Notes under the pieces: model-generated
What the model saw: only the letters and a program-made list of their open reading frames with translations
What the model was told of the DNA's origin: nothing
Databases searched by the model: none
Assembly: GCA_964016885.1 (NCBI GenBank)
Contig: OZ024741.1
Coordinates: 63,984,001-64,048,000, forward strand
Direction of reading: 5' to 3'
Source of the DNA: Eledone cirrhosa
Taxonomy: Eukaryota
Length of the DNA: 64,000 bases
Part shown: one piece after another, positions 1-12,802 of the stretch
How the letters are laid out: the number at the start of each line of letters is the position of its first letter
How positions within the stretch are numbered: the stretch's first letter is position 1
Position numbers and translations under genes: made by a program

Positions 1-795
1 CTTCCAGAAATCTCTGGCCTGGCAGTGCTACCGAGGGGCCTTTCCAGTTCGGGATAAACTCTACAGGCATGGAGGTGCCGTCAGCCGGGCATGTCCGAGA
101 TGCGCGCAGGGCGACAAAACCGTCCTGCACGCACTCGTCCAGTGTCCTAAAATTGCTGACTTGTGGGTTTATGTCGAACACCTACTGTCGCGTGTAGGAC
201 GGATCTGGCTATCATCTGAGTCCATTGTGAGGATTGCACCGCCCTTCTCCTTTAGCCGGGAAGGGCAGGCAGTTTTTACCTGTCTGGTGGCCATGGCGAA
301 AGAGATAGTATGGTGGACACGTTTTAAAGGGCTGAAGACGAGCACTTACCTCTTCGGTGATGCCCTGATTGACTTTTTCAAATTTCATTTGAAAAGGAAA
401 ATCAGAGTAGAGAGGGAAGTGCTCGCTTCCCAGCATTTTGTTGAAAGATTGGTGAGAGAAGCATGAATGGCCCGAGTGAATCGGCCTACTCTGAGTATAT
501 ATCTGTAAATTAAAGGTGGAAAACTGGGAGAGGGCACTTGCCTTGGTGGTCAGGGTCACTGTGGTCTTTTACTGGGCTGTCGCCACAAATATCCCTCCGA
601 AGTCTGCCCCCTATTGGGGAATTTTTTCATTGTTATTTTTTGTTACATAATCTGTTTTTGTTTTTTACACGCATAAATGCCCATTTGTACCGTCCTGTAT
701 TGTCCTGCACTGTTTTTAATGTCTACTTTATGTAAACCCTTTTGGTTAATAAAGAAATCATTATTATTATTATTATTATTATGATTATTATTATA
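1..795 (+). mobile_element. 3' end of an L1/Tx1-type LINE (ORF2 C-terminus, 3' UTR, tail)
   Basis: Frame from nt 2 reads AWQCYRGAFPVRDKLYRHG..CPRC....TVLHALVQCPKIADLW, a zf-RVT CCHC motif. Premature TGA at 464; ORF end at about 508; then AATAAA at about 748 and an (ATT)n tail. Confidence 0.8.
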
Positions 796-796
796 A

Positions 797-983
797 GGGG
801 CTGGCAGTATCGGTAGAGGGTAACTCTATGCTTTGACGCATAGAGTTACGCCCCTTGTCATTCTGAGTTCAAATCCCGCCGAAGTTAACTTTGCCTTTCA
901 TCCTTACGGAGTCCATAAAATAAAGTACCAGTAATGCACTGGTTAATTTCTGGCCTTGTGCCAAACGTAGAAACAATTATTAT
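797..983 (+). mobile_element. tRNA-derived SINE (octopus-type), young subfamily
   Basis: A-box-like TGGCAGTATCGG, B-box GAGTTCAAATCC, core TTTGCCTTTCATCC..ATAAAATAAAGTACCAG, tail TAGAAACAATTATT. Many copies in the window. Confidence 0.85.
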
Positions 984-2032
984 GCTTATTTATCTTTATA
1001 GCGTTTCATAGTACAATCGAGCACAGCTCTATGACCCTGAGGTATGTGTAGTGTTTTGTATTGCTTCTGTGTTTTCTGTTTATTTTATGTACTCTGTGCA
1101 GTTTCTAGCAATAAAACTTTCTATTTTGTGCATATATGAATAGCGTGAGATTTGTGATACTTATTATTGCAGAGGTTGTTTCTATTTCCACACGGGATAT
1201 CTCTATTCCCGGATTCTACACATAGTGTGCAGCTTAAGCTCAATATCGTAAAAGCCGTCTTATATTCAGACATATGGAAAACTCTATTATGCAATGTTCC
1301 CACTCTTTTCCGCGACAGATGTTACATTTCGCATTATGAAAACAGCGAATGAGAATTGCAAATCATTTTGATCATATGCTATTTTATTTATAGACTGACA
1401 ATCGTAATTAGCGAGAGATATGTTAACTGAAGTGAAGTGAAGTAGGGCAACTCAAACTGTATTAAACATATCTTTAATAAATCAGCTCTTCACGTGGACT
1501 TTACTGCAATTCCATGATGCGCACACTTTAGCTCATCCACATAGTGATATCGTTGTGCAAAGTTGACGTTTATTAGGCTATAAAAGGTTTAAAATTTAAT
1601 GTAATGTTTATCAGTAAATAATTACTCTTATAAATGGGTTGTGTCTTAACAAGACACATTGCTCTATCTTTCTAAACACTAAATGTTAATTGCGTCGTTT
1701 TAGCTAAATTATGAGCGATAAATATTTATTCACTGCACGTATTAAATAATCGGTCTTCAATTCAGTTAGCCATCAGCCTTCATAACTCCCAAATGGTCGA
1801 TCCAAATAATTGTGCTTAGTTTAATATATGGGTTTATATATATGCATACACACACACATACATATATATGTCTGTGTGTGCGCGTGTGTGTGAGAGAGAG
1901 AGAGAGAGGGAGAGAGAGAGAGAGAGTCCTGAGTTCAATCGGGGGTAACCACAGTAAGTAAGGTTTTCAATACATTGGTAGAGTGTAAACATCAAATTTA
2001 ATATAGATATGGCTTCTATACGACGAGAACTT

Positions 2033-2104
<72 letters not shown>

Positions 2105-2410
2105 GTTCAAGAGTAACGAATCTTAAAGAGAGAGATGGAGATAGGAGAGGAGATATGAGAGGAGAGATTTTGGTGAATTAGTTAGAAGCCAAAGCGTAAA
2201 GGCATGTGCTCAATGTGCAATATGCAGTAGAAAGCAGCTAGGTAGCTGGGTTCATGCAGAAGTTAGGTGCGCAGAGCTAAAAATATTCATTAGTTAAGCA
2301 AAACAAGACCACAAATTTCACAAGGAAGACATTATTAAAAGATTGTCAACATATTTTACATATTTTAGTTTGATGTAAGGAATGTAGAGAATAATAATAA
2401 TAATATTAAT

Positions 2411-2590
2411 AATAATTGTTTCTACTTTAGGCACAAGGCCAGCAATTACCCAGTGCATTACTGGTACTTTATTTTATCGACCCCGTAAGGATGAAAGGCA
2501 AAGTCAACCTCGGCGGGATTTGAACTCAGATCGTAAAGGGACGTAACTATGCTGAAAAGCATGGCGTCCGACCCTCCACCGATACTGCCA
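2411..2590 (-). mobile_element. SINE, same family
   Basis: Reverse complement of the 797 family with (TAA)n flanks. Confidence 0.85.
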
Positions 2591-2820
2591 TTAATAATAA
2601 TAATGTCCGTTTACAATTGTTTCGCTACTCCATATAATATATATATATATATATAGTTATGCAATAAACAACATAAGGCAATTATTCCATTTACCAGTGG
2701 TTTCTTAAAAGCAAAAGATTTTGCTTTCAATCCTCAGAATGAAAAAATCCTGGTCTATTAAGCTCTGTTACCTACATAGAGCACTCTTTTTTCCTGGACT
2801 TTTCCGACGGAATTACTTCA

Positions 2821-2878
<58 letters not shown>

Positions 2879-3339
2879 ATTAATAAATGGAAACTATCTT
2901 TATAAAACCATATTTATTCTATTATATATACCAAAACTTTTGTACCCCCTCATCAGATAAAATACAAAGTTTGTTTTATAAATAGTGACATACCCAGGAA
3001 TCAGACCTTAACGGTTCAAGTTCCGTTTGGATAGTGAAAGGAAAGAGGGAAAAGGGGAAGAAAGGAAAAAACAAATATTTCAAATTATTTTGATGAATAT
3101 GCAAATGAAGTTGAAGTGTAGAACTGAAAAAAGTTATTTTTAGACGCTAGGTAGATTTAAATAATTATTAGGATATATATATATGTGGGAAGAAGAAAGA
3201 GAAGCTTATATTATTACAGTGTATGTGAATTTAAAAATTGAAACGTTAAAAATTAAAAGTTTGTTGAAGTGGTAGAATATCAATCCAGAATTTAAAAAAT
3301 ATTTAACTAAATCATGAGTTATAATATTATATATACATG

Positions 3340-3764
3340 CCAGCAGAAAACCACTCTTCGGGTGGTTTTCTGCTGGCATGTGTAGTGTGTATATTGACAA
3401 TATATAATACATAGAAATTTAACGAAGACTGCGTTACACTGTCTTATTTAATCAGTAACGTAATCCGTGGTACATTAAAAAAGACGATATTATGTATAAA
3501 CTGCATTAGGAGAAAATTAGTGACAGAAAATTAGTATGTTTATTTAAGCGATGGCCAACCGAAAGTGTTGACATTTCAGAAATTTTAAAGAAGTGAATCT
3601 TTAAATAAACAAAATATATTTAATCAACAGCCACGAAATTGAGTAGATAAATTATGTAATATTCATTCATTATTTATTCAAAGTAATCCAACTTATTTTA
3701 CTAATGGGATAAAAAATTATAAACCGTACACAGTCCCGCGCTCCTTACTTTATTATAGTTTAGA
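3340..3764 (-). mobile_element. Non-autonomous Helitron (~425 bp)
   Basis: Minus strand begins A|TCTAAACTATAATAAA and ends with a hairpin followed by CTGG (CTRR). Its 5' part matches 60650-60842 and its 3' hairpin matches 53843-53888, beside a Helitron Rep relic. Confidence 0.7.
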
Positions 3765-5057
3765 TAAGTTAAAAAAAATTTAATTTATAAATAAAGAGGT
3801 AATAAATAAATAAAACGTTATACTTTTTTTACCCTCTCATTTCCAATTAAACCGAACGCTATCATGACTGTATGTGTGTGTTTGTGTAAATGTATATGTG
3901 TGAATGTGTGTATGTTTGGGTAAATGTATGTATGTTTGTGTGAAAATATGTGTAAATGTATGTATGTTTGTGTGAAAGTATGTGTGAATGTATGTATATT
4001 TGTATGAAAGTATGAGTATTTGTATGAATGATGTCCGTGAGAGTGTATTTTTATACGTTTATGTTTGCGCGATTATAGTTATATACTCATAATAGTTATA
4101 TACTCATACATATAGATGTATGTATGTGCACAATCATACGCGTCAGGTGTAGAAAATCAGAATCTCTCTATCTCTCTCATCACAAACTCGTTCTTTCTAT
4201 ATATATGCTGTTATTTTTTATAGATATATAACACACGTATTAATTTGTTTACATATAAGTTACGAAGGATGTTGAGTTTACATTTTAAATATATAGTTAA
4301 GAAAAAATACTCTTAGTTCAAATTTTAAGAGAAGAACATTTTGTAAATTCAAATAGTTTCATCAAAATTGAAAATATTTACAGAAAAATATTCAGTTAGC
4401 AAAATTACATAGAATTTAACATACAAGTTATTATGCAGTATGTCCATGTTTGCTCTATTGTAACGGAAAAGATAACTCTAATATTATTTGTTAAACTATT
4501 AATGTTAGATTTGATGAATAATTTTCTTAGAAAAGGCGGAAAGTATGCAGAGAAAATTATATATTATTTTATGTGAGATTATAAGTTATTTTATATTACA
4601 TGTTTTCAGGGATGAGAATTTCAATTATATATGTATTTAGATACTATCTACGTCGATAGATGTGTGAAAAGTTTGAAAATTAACAGAAGAAAAAAATATA
4701 TATATTATTAGATAAGTCAAGAGTGCATTTAGAAAAACTATCGTAAAGAGGATATCATTCAAAATATCAATTGAAAAGTATCAATCTAAAAAAAAATAAA
4801 AAATAAAAATATATATCCTAATAATTAATAATATCCATATATATATCCTAATAATTATTTAAATCTACCTAGCGTCTAAAAATATAGATTTTGTTCAGCC
4901 CTGCGCTTCAACTTCATTTGTATATTCATCAAAATAATTTGAAATAGTTGTTTTTTCCTTTCTTCCCCTTTTCCCTCTTTCCTTTCACTATCCAAACGGA
5001 ACTTGAACCGTTAAGGTCTGATTCCTGGGTATGTCACTATTTATAAAACAAACTTTG

Positions 5058-5118
5058 TATTTTATCTGATGAGGGCGTACCAAAGTTTTGGTATCCTTGA
5101 AATATATATAATAGAATA
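5058..5118 (+). ncRNA. Minimal type I hammerhead ribozyme
   Basis: TATTTTAT-CTGATGA-GGGCGTACC/GGTATCCTT-GAAA-TATATA-TA^-ATAGAATA. Stem I pairs, and stem III is palindromic. Confidence 0.7.
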
Positions 5119-5248
5119 AATATGGTTTTATAAATATAGTTTCCATTTATTAATATCATTGAATATTATACTCCAGAAAACTTGTCGAGTCCTTCGAATC
5201 TGTTATAAATATATTTGTTGAATTACTAACAAATTAAATATCCCTTTG

Positions 5249-5349
<101 letters not shown>

Positions 5350-5480
5350 GTGTGTATGTGTTAAGTGTGTAACTACAGTTAGAGGTGGTGAGCCGTTCGA
5401 AACACTCGATACTTTTACGAGGTCCATCTCGTGTTTGGTTATATTCCAGAGTTAAGGCGGCTGTCGTGTGTAGAGTGTAA

Positions 5481-5782
5481 ATAAAGTAAGTAGGATTGAT
5501 GTTACTGTTCCAGCATATATATAAACTTTCATGGTATATTACAAGCGTTTCAAAATTGATCAGCTCGAGGTACAATCATAATGACCGGGCCCCGACCCTT
5601 CCCCGACAACAAATCAGATATGCGAGTATATATGAGCAAAGACATATCGAAACTGTGTCAAGGAAGGGTCGGATCCCGGTCATTATGATTGAACTCCGAA
5701 CTGATCAATATTAAAACGCTTGTAATATACCATTAAAGTTTATATATATGCTGCAATAGTTACTTCGATCCTATCCTACTTC

Positions 5783-5788
<6 letters not shown>
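5481..5788. repeat. Fold-back palindrome with ~130-bp arms, PLE-tail-like
   Basis: 5481-5608 is the reverse complement of 5656-5788. Related to 35470-35632. Lies between (TA)n tracts. Confidence 0.75.
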
Positions 5789-5850
<62 letters not shown>

Positions 5851-7414
5851 GGATACTATTTATAGTTAAACTTTTTATAGTTATGTATATTTTAAACTAT
5901 AAACAGGGAAGGTCAGTAATTGATTACTACCTTATTACCAGTAAGATAAATAGCTCAATGTAAGAACATCAGTTTTTCTACAGAGCAGTTATATAGAATT
6001 CACAAGAATCAAAGCTATGTTCAAAGAATTTATTCACTTACAATTGTTTCATCCAAACCTAGGTTTGGGGTCTTCGGAGAATTTTTTTATGTTTGTACAT
6101 ATAATTGACCTCCTATCCAACGCAAGAGACATACAGATACATATATATATATTGAAGTACAGTGGGATGACATATATTATACTATACTATATTTGTACAG
6201 CAATTCAAATTTAAAATCAAAATTAAAATACATGCGGCAGATAACACAGATAATACAAGAGGATAGTTCGATAACCAGATCTAGTAGATAGTGTATGCGT
6301 TAGTCATACATGGTGCATGCAAGTGTGTCTCATTTATATACGAGTATTGTGTGGCAAGGTGTTACATGTAATGCAAGCACTTTAAGCGGGTAAGCAAGAG
6401 TATTATGGTGGTTATAGTGGGAGGGTATTTTTTGTATAGATCAAAAAATATGTGCGCAGAAAAAGAAAAAGAAAAAGAAAGTTATAGTTTTCGCATCCAC
6501 CACCATTTTCACATTCGGAAAAAGGAAGTTATAGTTTTCACATCCATCACATATGTTACGATGAATTCGTATTGAATGTTTGATGTAGTAAATGATTGTA
6601 ACGTATTGAGGCTCGGTGTCATTTAATCCATATTTATAGAATAGGTTCTTTCTGCTGCGAGAATTTACAGTGGTTTATTATCCGGAAGTAGGTGTGTAAT
6701 TAAGGGGAGTTAATGCGTAAGGGGGGGTAACTAGCTGATTCTCATAACTAAATTCATTGTTCTAACATACATTATATGGTGCCTCAATTGAATCCCTTAT
6801 ATAAAAGGTTATATATTTATATTTAATTTTAAATACAGTCTACTCTATCATAATGTATTAAAGGTATCTATAGGAAGTTGATTACTCCTTATTATATATC
6901 GCTATTATTGAACTTCCCACACAAAGTGCTATATCTTTATATCAAAATTCACTGTAAATATAGTCTACTCTCAAAACATATCAAAGGACCAATTAGAATT
7001 GTGTCTACATAACCCCTGGTAAGCTATGGAGCAGCGTACGGCTGTTTTCATGATAAAATCAAATACATCTATTGGGTAAACAAATACATCTCTCATTTAC
7101 AATGTCATTAATCTATCCATCAAGTTATACATGCATATATAATTCATATACAATTCATTGCACCACCCTACGTATAAGTTAGACAGATCCCTTATGTTAA
7201 TAAATTAATCCTATATATATCTAATGTTATTACTCCATACATTTAATTACAATTGCATATATAATTCACTGCCGTATCTAGTATTTAAAGTTTATATAGA
7301 CTGTATTATATTTCAATCCCTATATTTAATTATAAGTAATTAAAAGTAATTATATTAAAAGTTGGTGTTTATGGGGATATTTGTAGGGTATAAAGTTATA
7401 GATAGATAGAATGA

Positions 7415-8187
7415 TTAGTGTCGAGGAAAGGGTGGATCAGAGAGTGTGGTATAGTGGTAGAAGGTAAGCCCTTGAGGTGTGGTGTTAGAAGCGGTGATGG
7501 GTTCGAGTCTGACATTGTTATATATTGAGTTTAAAGCTTTGGAAGGAGTGTCGGAAGCGGTGCTGGCACGACGCAAACACTTCCGTTTTTTATTAAGGAG
7601 GTTAAGGTCTGAAAATATTATAGTATGGGTCTCTGGTAGACAGAGGTTACAGAATTTATTAGGTGGTTTGTACGATGCCGCCTTCCCTATCACTTGCCAT
7701 TGAAGTGTATATGATCTATTTCTAGTTTTCAGATAGTGTATGTAGCTAGATAGTGAAGTGGAGTTGGCTAGACTGTGTTTTTTGAAAGAATGGAGATGTG
7801 AGTTGTATCTCGTTTTAAAGGAGTTCGAAGTAGAGCCTATATAGGTTTCAGAAGAGTTGCTAGTTCTGACCGTGCATGAGTAGATGATGTCCTTGATTAA
7901 GCAGTTTTTACCTAAAGGGCAGATTCTATTAGATCTAGAGTTACATTTATGTTGGATGTTAACCTGTCGGTTATTATGTTGTGTAGAAGTCTGGTTGCTA
8001 GGTATTGCATTATGGCTATGAAGGTTGTCGCTCTTAATGCTATTGATTTCATTATTGTTATTACTATTATTACTATTGAAATCAGGGTTAGCAGTTATTA
8101 CGTTGTGTTGAAAGTTTACCCCCTGCTGTGTTTTAGTTTGAAAGTAAGTATTAATCTTTCTTTTATTGCTACTGCACACATACTTTA
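7415..8187 (-). pseudogene. PLE GIY-YIG endonuclease domain, frameshifted near the C-terminus
   Basis: ORF 7415..8227. After LLNKK an alternative frame continues TEVFASCQHR. Confidence 0.85.
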
Positions 8188-8550
8188 TTGATCTATACAA
8201 AAGATACCCTCCCACTACAACCACCATAATACTCTTGCTTACCCGCTTAAAGTTCTTGCATTACATGTAACACCTTGCCACACAATACTCGTATATAAAT
8301 GAGACACACTTGCATGCACCATGTATGACTAACGCATACACTATCTACTAGATCTGATTATCGAACTATCCTCTTGCATTATATATGTTATCTGCCGCAT
8401 GTATTTTAATTTTGATTTTAAATTTGAATTGCTGTACAAATATAGTATAGTATAATATATGTCACTCCACTGTACATCAATATATATATATGTATCTGTA
8501 TGTCTCTTGCGTTGGATAGGAGGTCAATTGTATGTACAAGCATTGAAAAA

Positions 8551-8599
8551 TTCTCCGAAGACCTCAAGCCTAGGTTTGGATGAAACAATTGTAAGTGAA
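8551..8599 (+). ncRNA. Hammerhead-like motif in the pLTR (core variant CCGAAGA); inverted copy at 6033-6081
   Basis: CCGAAGA..CCAAAC-CTAG-GTTTGG (intact in the 6033 copy)..GAAAC-AATT-GTA^-AGTGAA, followed by AATAAA. Confidence 0.5.
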
Positions 8600-8634
8600 T
8601 AAATGCTTTGAACATAGCTTTGATTCTTGTGAAT

Positions 8635-8691
<57 letters not shown>

Positions 8692-8750
8692 GGGGGGGGG
8701 GGATAGTGTGTGTGTAAATCAGGATTGAATCAGTTTGAAACTGGTTAGAC

Positions 8751-9116
8751 CAGCGGTCGCCAACCTTTCAGATCTCACGGACAACTATAAATTCATGGTT
8801 TTGGAATACTGCAGACCTCTAATATGAATTTTTTTTAAGATAAATACATTTGTAAAATAATGATCTGAGAACTTCCATTTTATTAAACAATACTGAAGCG
8901 TACGTGTGTCATATTGTCGATAGATGATACATGTGTAAAACTTTTCATGGATGTTAGTTCTTTATTGAGGAGAAATATTTTTAGGGGTGTTATAAAATAC
9001 ATTTTAACTGAATATTATTATTGTTTTATTATTAATAAAACTTAAAAATTGCAAATAATGTCCAAATTTTTCTGCAGACTACCAAAGTTTTCTCTGGGAC
9101 CACCGGTTGACCGCTG
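8751..9116. mobile_element. hAT (Charlie-like) MITE
   Basis: Termini CAGCGGTCGCCAACC ... GGTTGACCGCTG with an AT-rich interior. Confidence 0.55.
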
Positions 9117-9899
9117 AACAGAGTACTCAACTGAGTACTCGATACTGGGGGTATTAGAGTAGGATTATATTATAAAGAGTTGGGACCCGACCGCTGTGCT
9201 TTGCCGATTCAACAACTAGTTCCAGACTGTTTGCCGAAGGGCTTGGCGGTTTATTGGCTGTATTATCAGGGGTGTGATTTGTCCAAATAAGGGTATACAT
9301 TATTTATCCAAATGTAAATGCTCTTCATATAAGTGTTAATTTTTTTATGGTTAGGGAGTGGTTGTGTGTGTAGATATCTAGCTTATTGAGTGTGTATATG
9401 CATGTGTGCGTCTATGTGCGCATTCGAGTATATCTGCCTGTTCAACTTGAGATAAAATAATTGTGTGTGCGTATGTCTGCCCCCAAGCATGGTTATCACA
9501 ACCTTCAAATAACAGGTCTATAGAATTGGCGTCAGACCTAGCAGTAGATTGCCTTAATAAGAGAATTGTCCAAATTCACCGATTAGCAAATTAAATGTAT
9601 CTTTCAACGAAGTGACGACGTATTTGTTAATTATCTGAAAAAAATAAGGAACAACTAGCCGGTGCTATTAAGGAATAGCGAGCCGGTGGTGAAATATAAT
9701 TTCCACCACTAACTCCGTAGTACCACGAAATGTGGATATTTGTGCTTCTCATACTAATACAACATGGTTAACTCACCGGAATGACCAGTTCTAGCCATTG
9801 GTGAACCATAAAACATAAATGTATATATAATAAGTGTTTGAAACTTGTAGGAGCAGTTGAAAGTTATTTTCTTCATGTTTTTCTTCTCAAGATGCTCAA

Positions 9900-10222
9900 T
9901 AGCTATTTCTAAGAATTCAGCTACCTATCTTTATGTCTTCTCATTTTTATCCTTATCCTTCTCTAATTTGAGAATAGAAAATTTGGTTTTAATGTGACCT
10001 ATCAGTGTTTGGTCTCCATAACATTACCTTCAATAGTGTTCATTTTGGCTTCACTGAGAATATCACAATTCATAAAATAGTCCTTCCAGCTGATCTTAGT
10101 AAAGCTTTGTAGGCAGTGCAGATTAAAACTTCCCAAGCCTTTTTACATAGCCTTTATGGGTGAATGATGTTGCAGTTTCTTAAAGAAGTTTTGAGACAAT
10201 TGAAGCCTTGTAGACAGTAATT
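9900..10222 (-). mobile_element. Decayed RTE-type LINE 3' fragment
   Basis: Broken minus frames read ITVYKASIVSKLL..HCLQS..ISWKD..ILSEAKMNTIE, resembling the RTE ORF C-terminus. Confidence 0.5.
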
Positions 10223-10227
10223 TTAAG

Positions 10228-10430
10228 GAGGCAAATTGACTGGGTCGTTAGAACCTTGGATAGAACGCTTTGCAGTATTCCGCCCTGGTCTCGGAACTCT
10301 AAGTTCAAATCCCGCAGAGCTCAACGCTTGACTTTCATACTTTGGAGGTCGATAAAAGAATAACCAGCGTAGAACATTAAAACATACTGATTTCTCCCGT
10401 TCAACCATATATGAAATAGTCAACGTTAGG
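10228..10430 (+). mobile_element. Diverged SINE
   Basis: B-box AAGTTCAAATCCCGC and core TTTCATAC..GGTCGATAAAA. Confidence 0.6.
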
Positions 10431-10675
10431 CACATGTTCACGTTACTGCCAACATAGGATTAACTCAAAGGGTTGATTATAGTAAAGCATATTTAATCAA
10501 AGCATATGCAGTAGGTTTCCTCTAAATGGAGCCCGTAGAACATTAAACAGATCATTTTGTAATGATGAAGAAAATCTATTTCTATGGGATATCAAAGACT
10601 AAAAGTAGAAATTGTCGTATCTTAAGCAACGATGGATAAAATCAAAATAAAATATCAAACAAATTCACACACACG

Positions 10676-10744
<69 letters not shown>

Positions 10745-11324
10745 GACTATATTGTAAATACATATGTGCATGTGCGAGTGTGCGCGCGTTTGATCTTTTA
10801 TTACGGGTTTTTAAATTGTCTTTATTTTCGAAAATAAACATCCTTTAGGTTCAAATGGATTTATAAAGCTCAATCCTATAATCTGGATGTAGTGGTTGTT
10901 AGTGGCCTTTTCATTAGCCTTTTATCGTCATAAAAATATCATGGGATGATGATCTTACACATGGCGTACCCAATACCGTGTTTAAAATTCTGAACGATAA
11001 CACTATTTTCTTTCTACTTTAGTTGCATTCTGCTTTCATTAAAGATTCTATAGGTAATTTTTATATAATCGTATAATCAGCTGACGATGCTGTATCAACA
11101 GAATGAGGCAGCGAATCGTTAGAATGTCGGATATAATGCTTTGAATAGAACGTTCCAACTCCCTGCTCTCTGAATCTTAATCCCGTCGAGATCGATTTTG
11201 CCTTCCATCCATTTAAGATCGTTAATACAAAGTACCAGTCTAGTACTGGGACCGATTCTTCCTCTATATCTCTTTCTCACTTCTTTTCTCTCACTCTCTA
11301 TCCTTCTCTGGAAGAAATCTACTA

Positions 11325-11415
11325 CACTCAGACTTGGAGAGGAGATGGGCTCCACCAGGTTTAAATCTGATCTTATGTCAATATGGCGGCCCCACGACTC
11401 TCTCAGGAGTTACAG
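11325..11415. repeat. Short dispersed repeat family (also about 18278-18378, 45243-45340, 50850-50925)
   Basis: Shared CAGACYTG..GGGCTCYRCCAGRTTTAAA..CGACTC..AGGAGTTA motif. Confidence 0.5.
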
Positions 11416-11629
11416 TTACACACACACACTAAAGAATGAGCATTGTACAGTAAATATATCCGTGTTATAATACTGATATTCAATTTTGAAGTCGATTTTT
11501 GTTTGGTCTTCGTAGTACATCTTAATTCTTTACTTTTTTCTTCGATTCTATTATTGCACATTAGTAAAAAAAATACTCTTTTCTTCTTGTTACATAGTTT
11601 TGGCATTATGGTTTCTGATTTAGAGACAA

Positions 11630-11817
11630 GACAAACAATTTTTTTGGGGGGGGAAGGTCGATTAAATCGATCCCAGTGAGTTACTGGTATTTAATTTTAT
11701 CGACTTCGTAAGGATAAAAGACAAAGGTAACTTTGGTGGGATTTGAACTCAGTACGTAAACGGTCGTAAATCTATGCTACAAAGCATGTTTTTCGACGCT
11801 CTACCAATCCACCGCCC
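11630..11817 (-). mobile_element. Diverged SINE
   Basis: CTGGTATTTAATTTTATCGAC..GGGATTTGAACTCAG. Confidence 0.7.
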
Positions 11818-11984
11818 TTCTGAAAGAAATAATACATGAATAGTATTTAAAAATGAAATCACTCTAATAATCATCCTGAAACTACAGCCAGATATAACTA
11901 TCAGTTGAAAACAATCTCATTTTATCTCACCCCAACTCCCCCCACTATATCATTCTACCTCTCATTCCCTCTTAATTATGATGA

Positions 11985-12190
11985 TTGACAGAATTGGCAG
12001 AGCCTCAAATAAAATGCCATTGAGTTATTTATTCTCATTCTTTGCATTCTGAGTTCAAGTCCTGCCGAGGTTAAGTTTGCATTTCATCTTTCCGAAGTAA
12101 ATAAATAAATTATCGGTTAAGTACTGAGGTTGATTTAATCAACCTTGCCTTTCGCCCAAATTTACTAGGTTTGTGTCTAAATTATAAATC
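11985..12190 (+). mobile_element. Diverged SINE
   Basis: TTCTGAGTTCAAGTCCTGCCGAGGTTAAGTTTGC. Confidence 0.65.
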
Positions 12191-12503
12191 AATTTTATGA
12201 AATAACAAAGTGTTTTCATTTCCATGTATTAGTGTATGGGTACTTTGTTATGTTTGGTTTTCTGCAGAAAGTTACTTATGAAACACTGGCTATACATGTT
12301 TGTGTTTAGCCCTAACACTCAAGTGTGTTCTAGCCATATCCTCCCCATATCTTTCAGATATGGAAAAGATATGTCTATCTATGACGTTATTATGTATTAT
12401 TTCCCTCTCTTGAGGGAGATTTGGCTACAGTATGTAGCAAATTGATCAATAATGTAGAAGCAGACGTTCTTACTCTCATCACCACAAAATCTAGTGTATA
12501 GAA

Positions 12504-12682
12504 ATAATTGTTTCTACTTTTGACACAAGGCCAGCAATTACCCAATACATTACTGGTACTTTATTTTATCGACCTCGTAAGGATGAAAGGCAAAGTTAAC
12601 CTCGGCGGGATTTGAACTCAGATCGTAAAGGGATGTAACTATGCTGAAAAGCATGTCTGACCCTCTACCGATACTGCCAATT
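12504..12682 (-). mobile_element. SINE, young subfamily
   Basis: Near-identical to 2411-2590. Confidence 0.85.
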
Positions 12683-12802
12683 CGCTTAAATTGTAGCATA
12701 TCACGTTCCTGAGTTAAACGGGAAACAAATTACCGAAGACTTTTTTCGAAGCCTTTAAGATTGGCAGAGTCGTTAGAGCTTGGGATTAAAAATGCACTTT
12801 CC

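Larger units (their letters stand above)
2873..5159 (+). mobile_element. Decayed PLE-like insertion bounded by ~310-bp inverted pLTR copies (2873-3185 / 4836-5159)
   Basis: Arms are clear reverse complements. The right arm has a hammerhead; the left arm has the same motif with the GAAA segment deleted. Only a faint coding relic (IYIILCEI-like) near 4555. Confidence 0.6.
5845..8635 (-). mobile_element. 5'-truncated Naiad-like PLE with an inverted pLTR at its 5' end
   Basis: GIY-YIG ORF: CPLGKNCLIKDIIYSC..YIGST..FKTRYNSH..TSLSSYI..W..CNLCL. 5996-6444 is inverted relative to 8188-8635. (TA)n on both sides. Confidence 0.85.
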
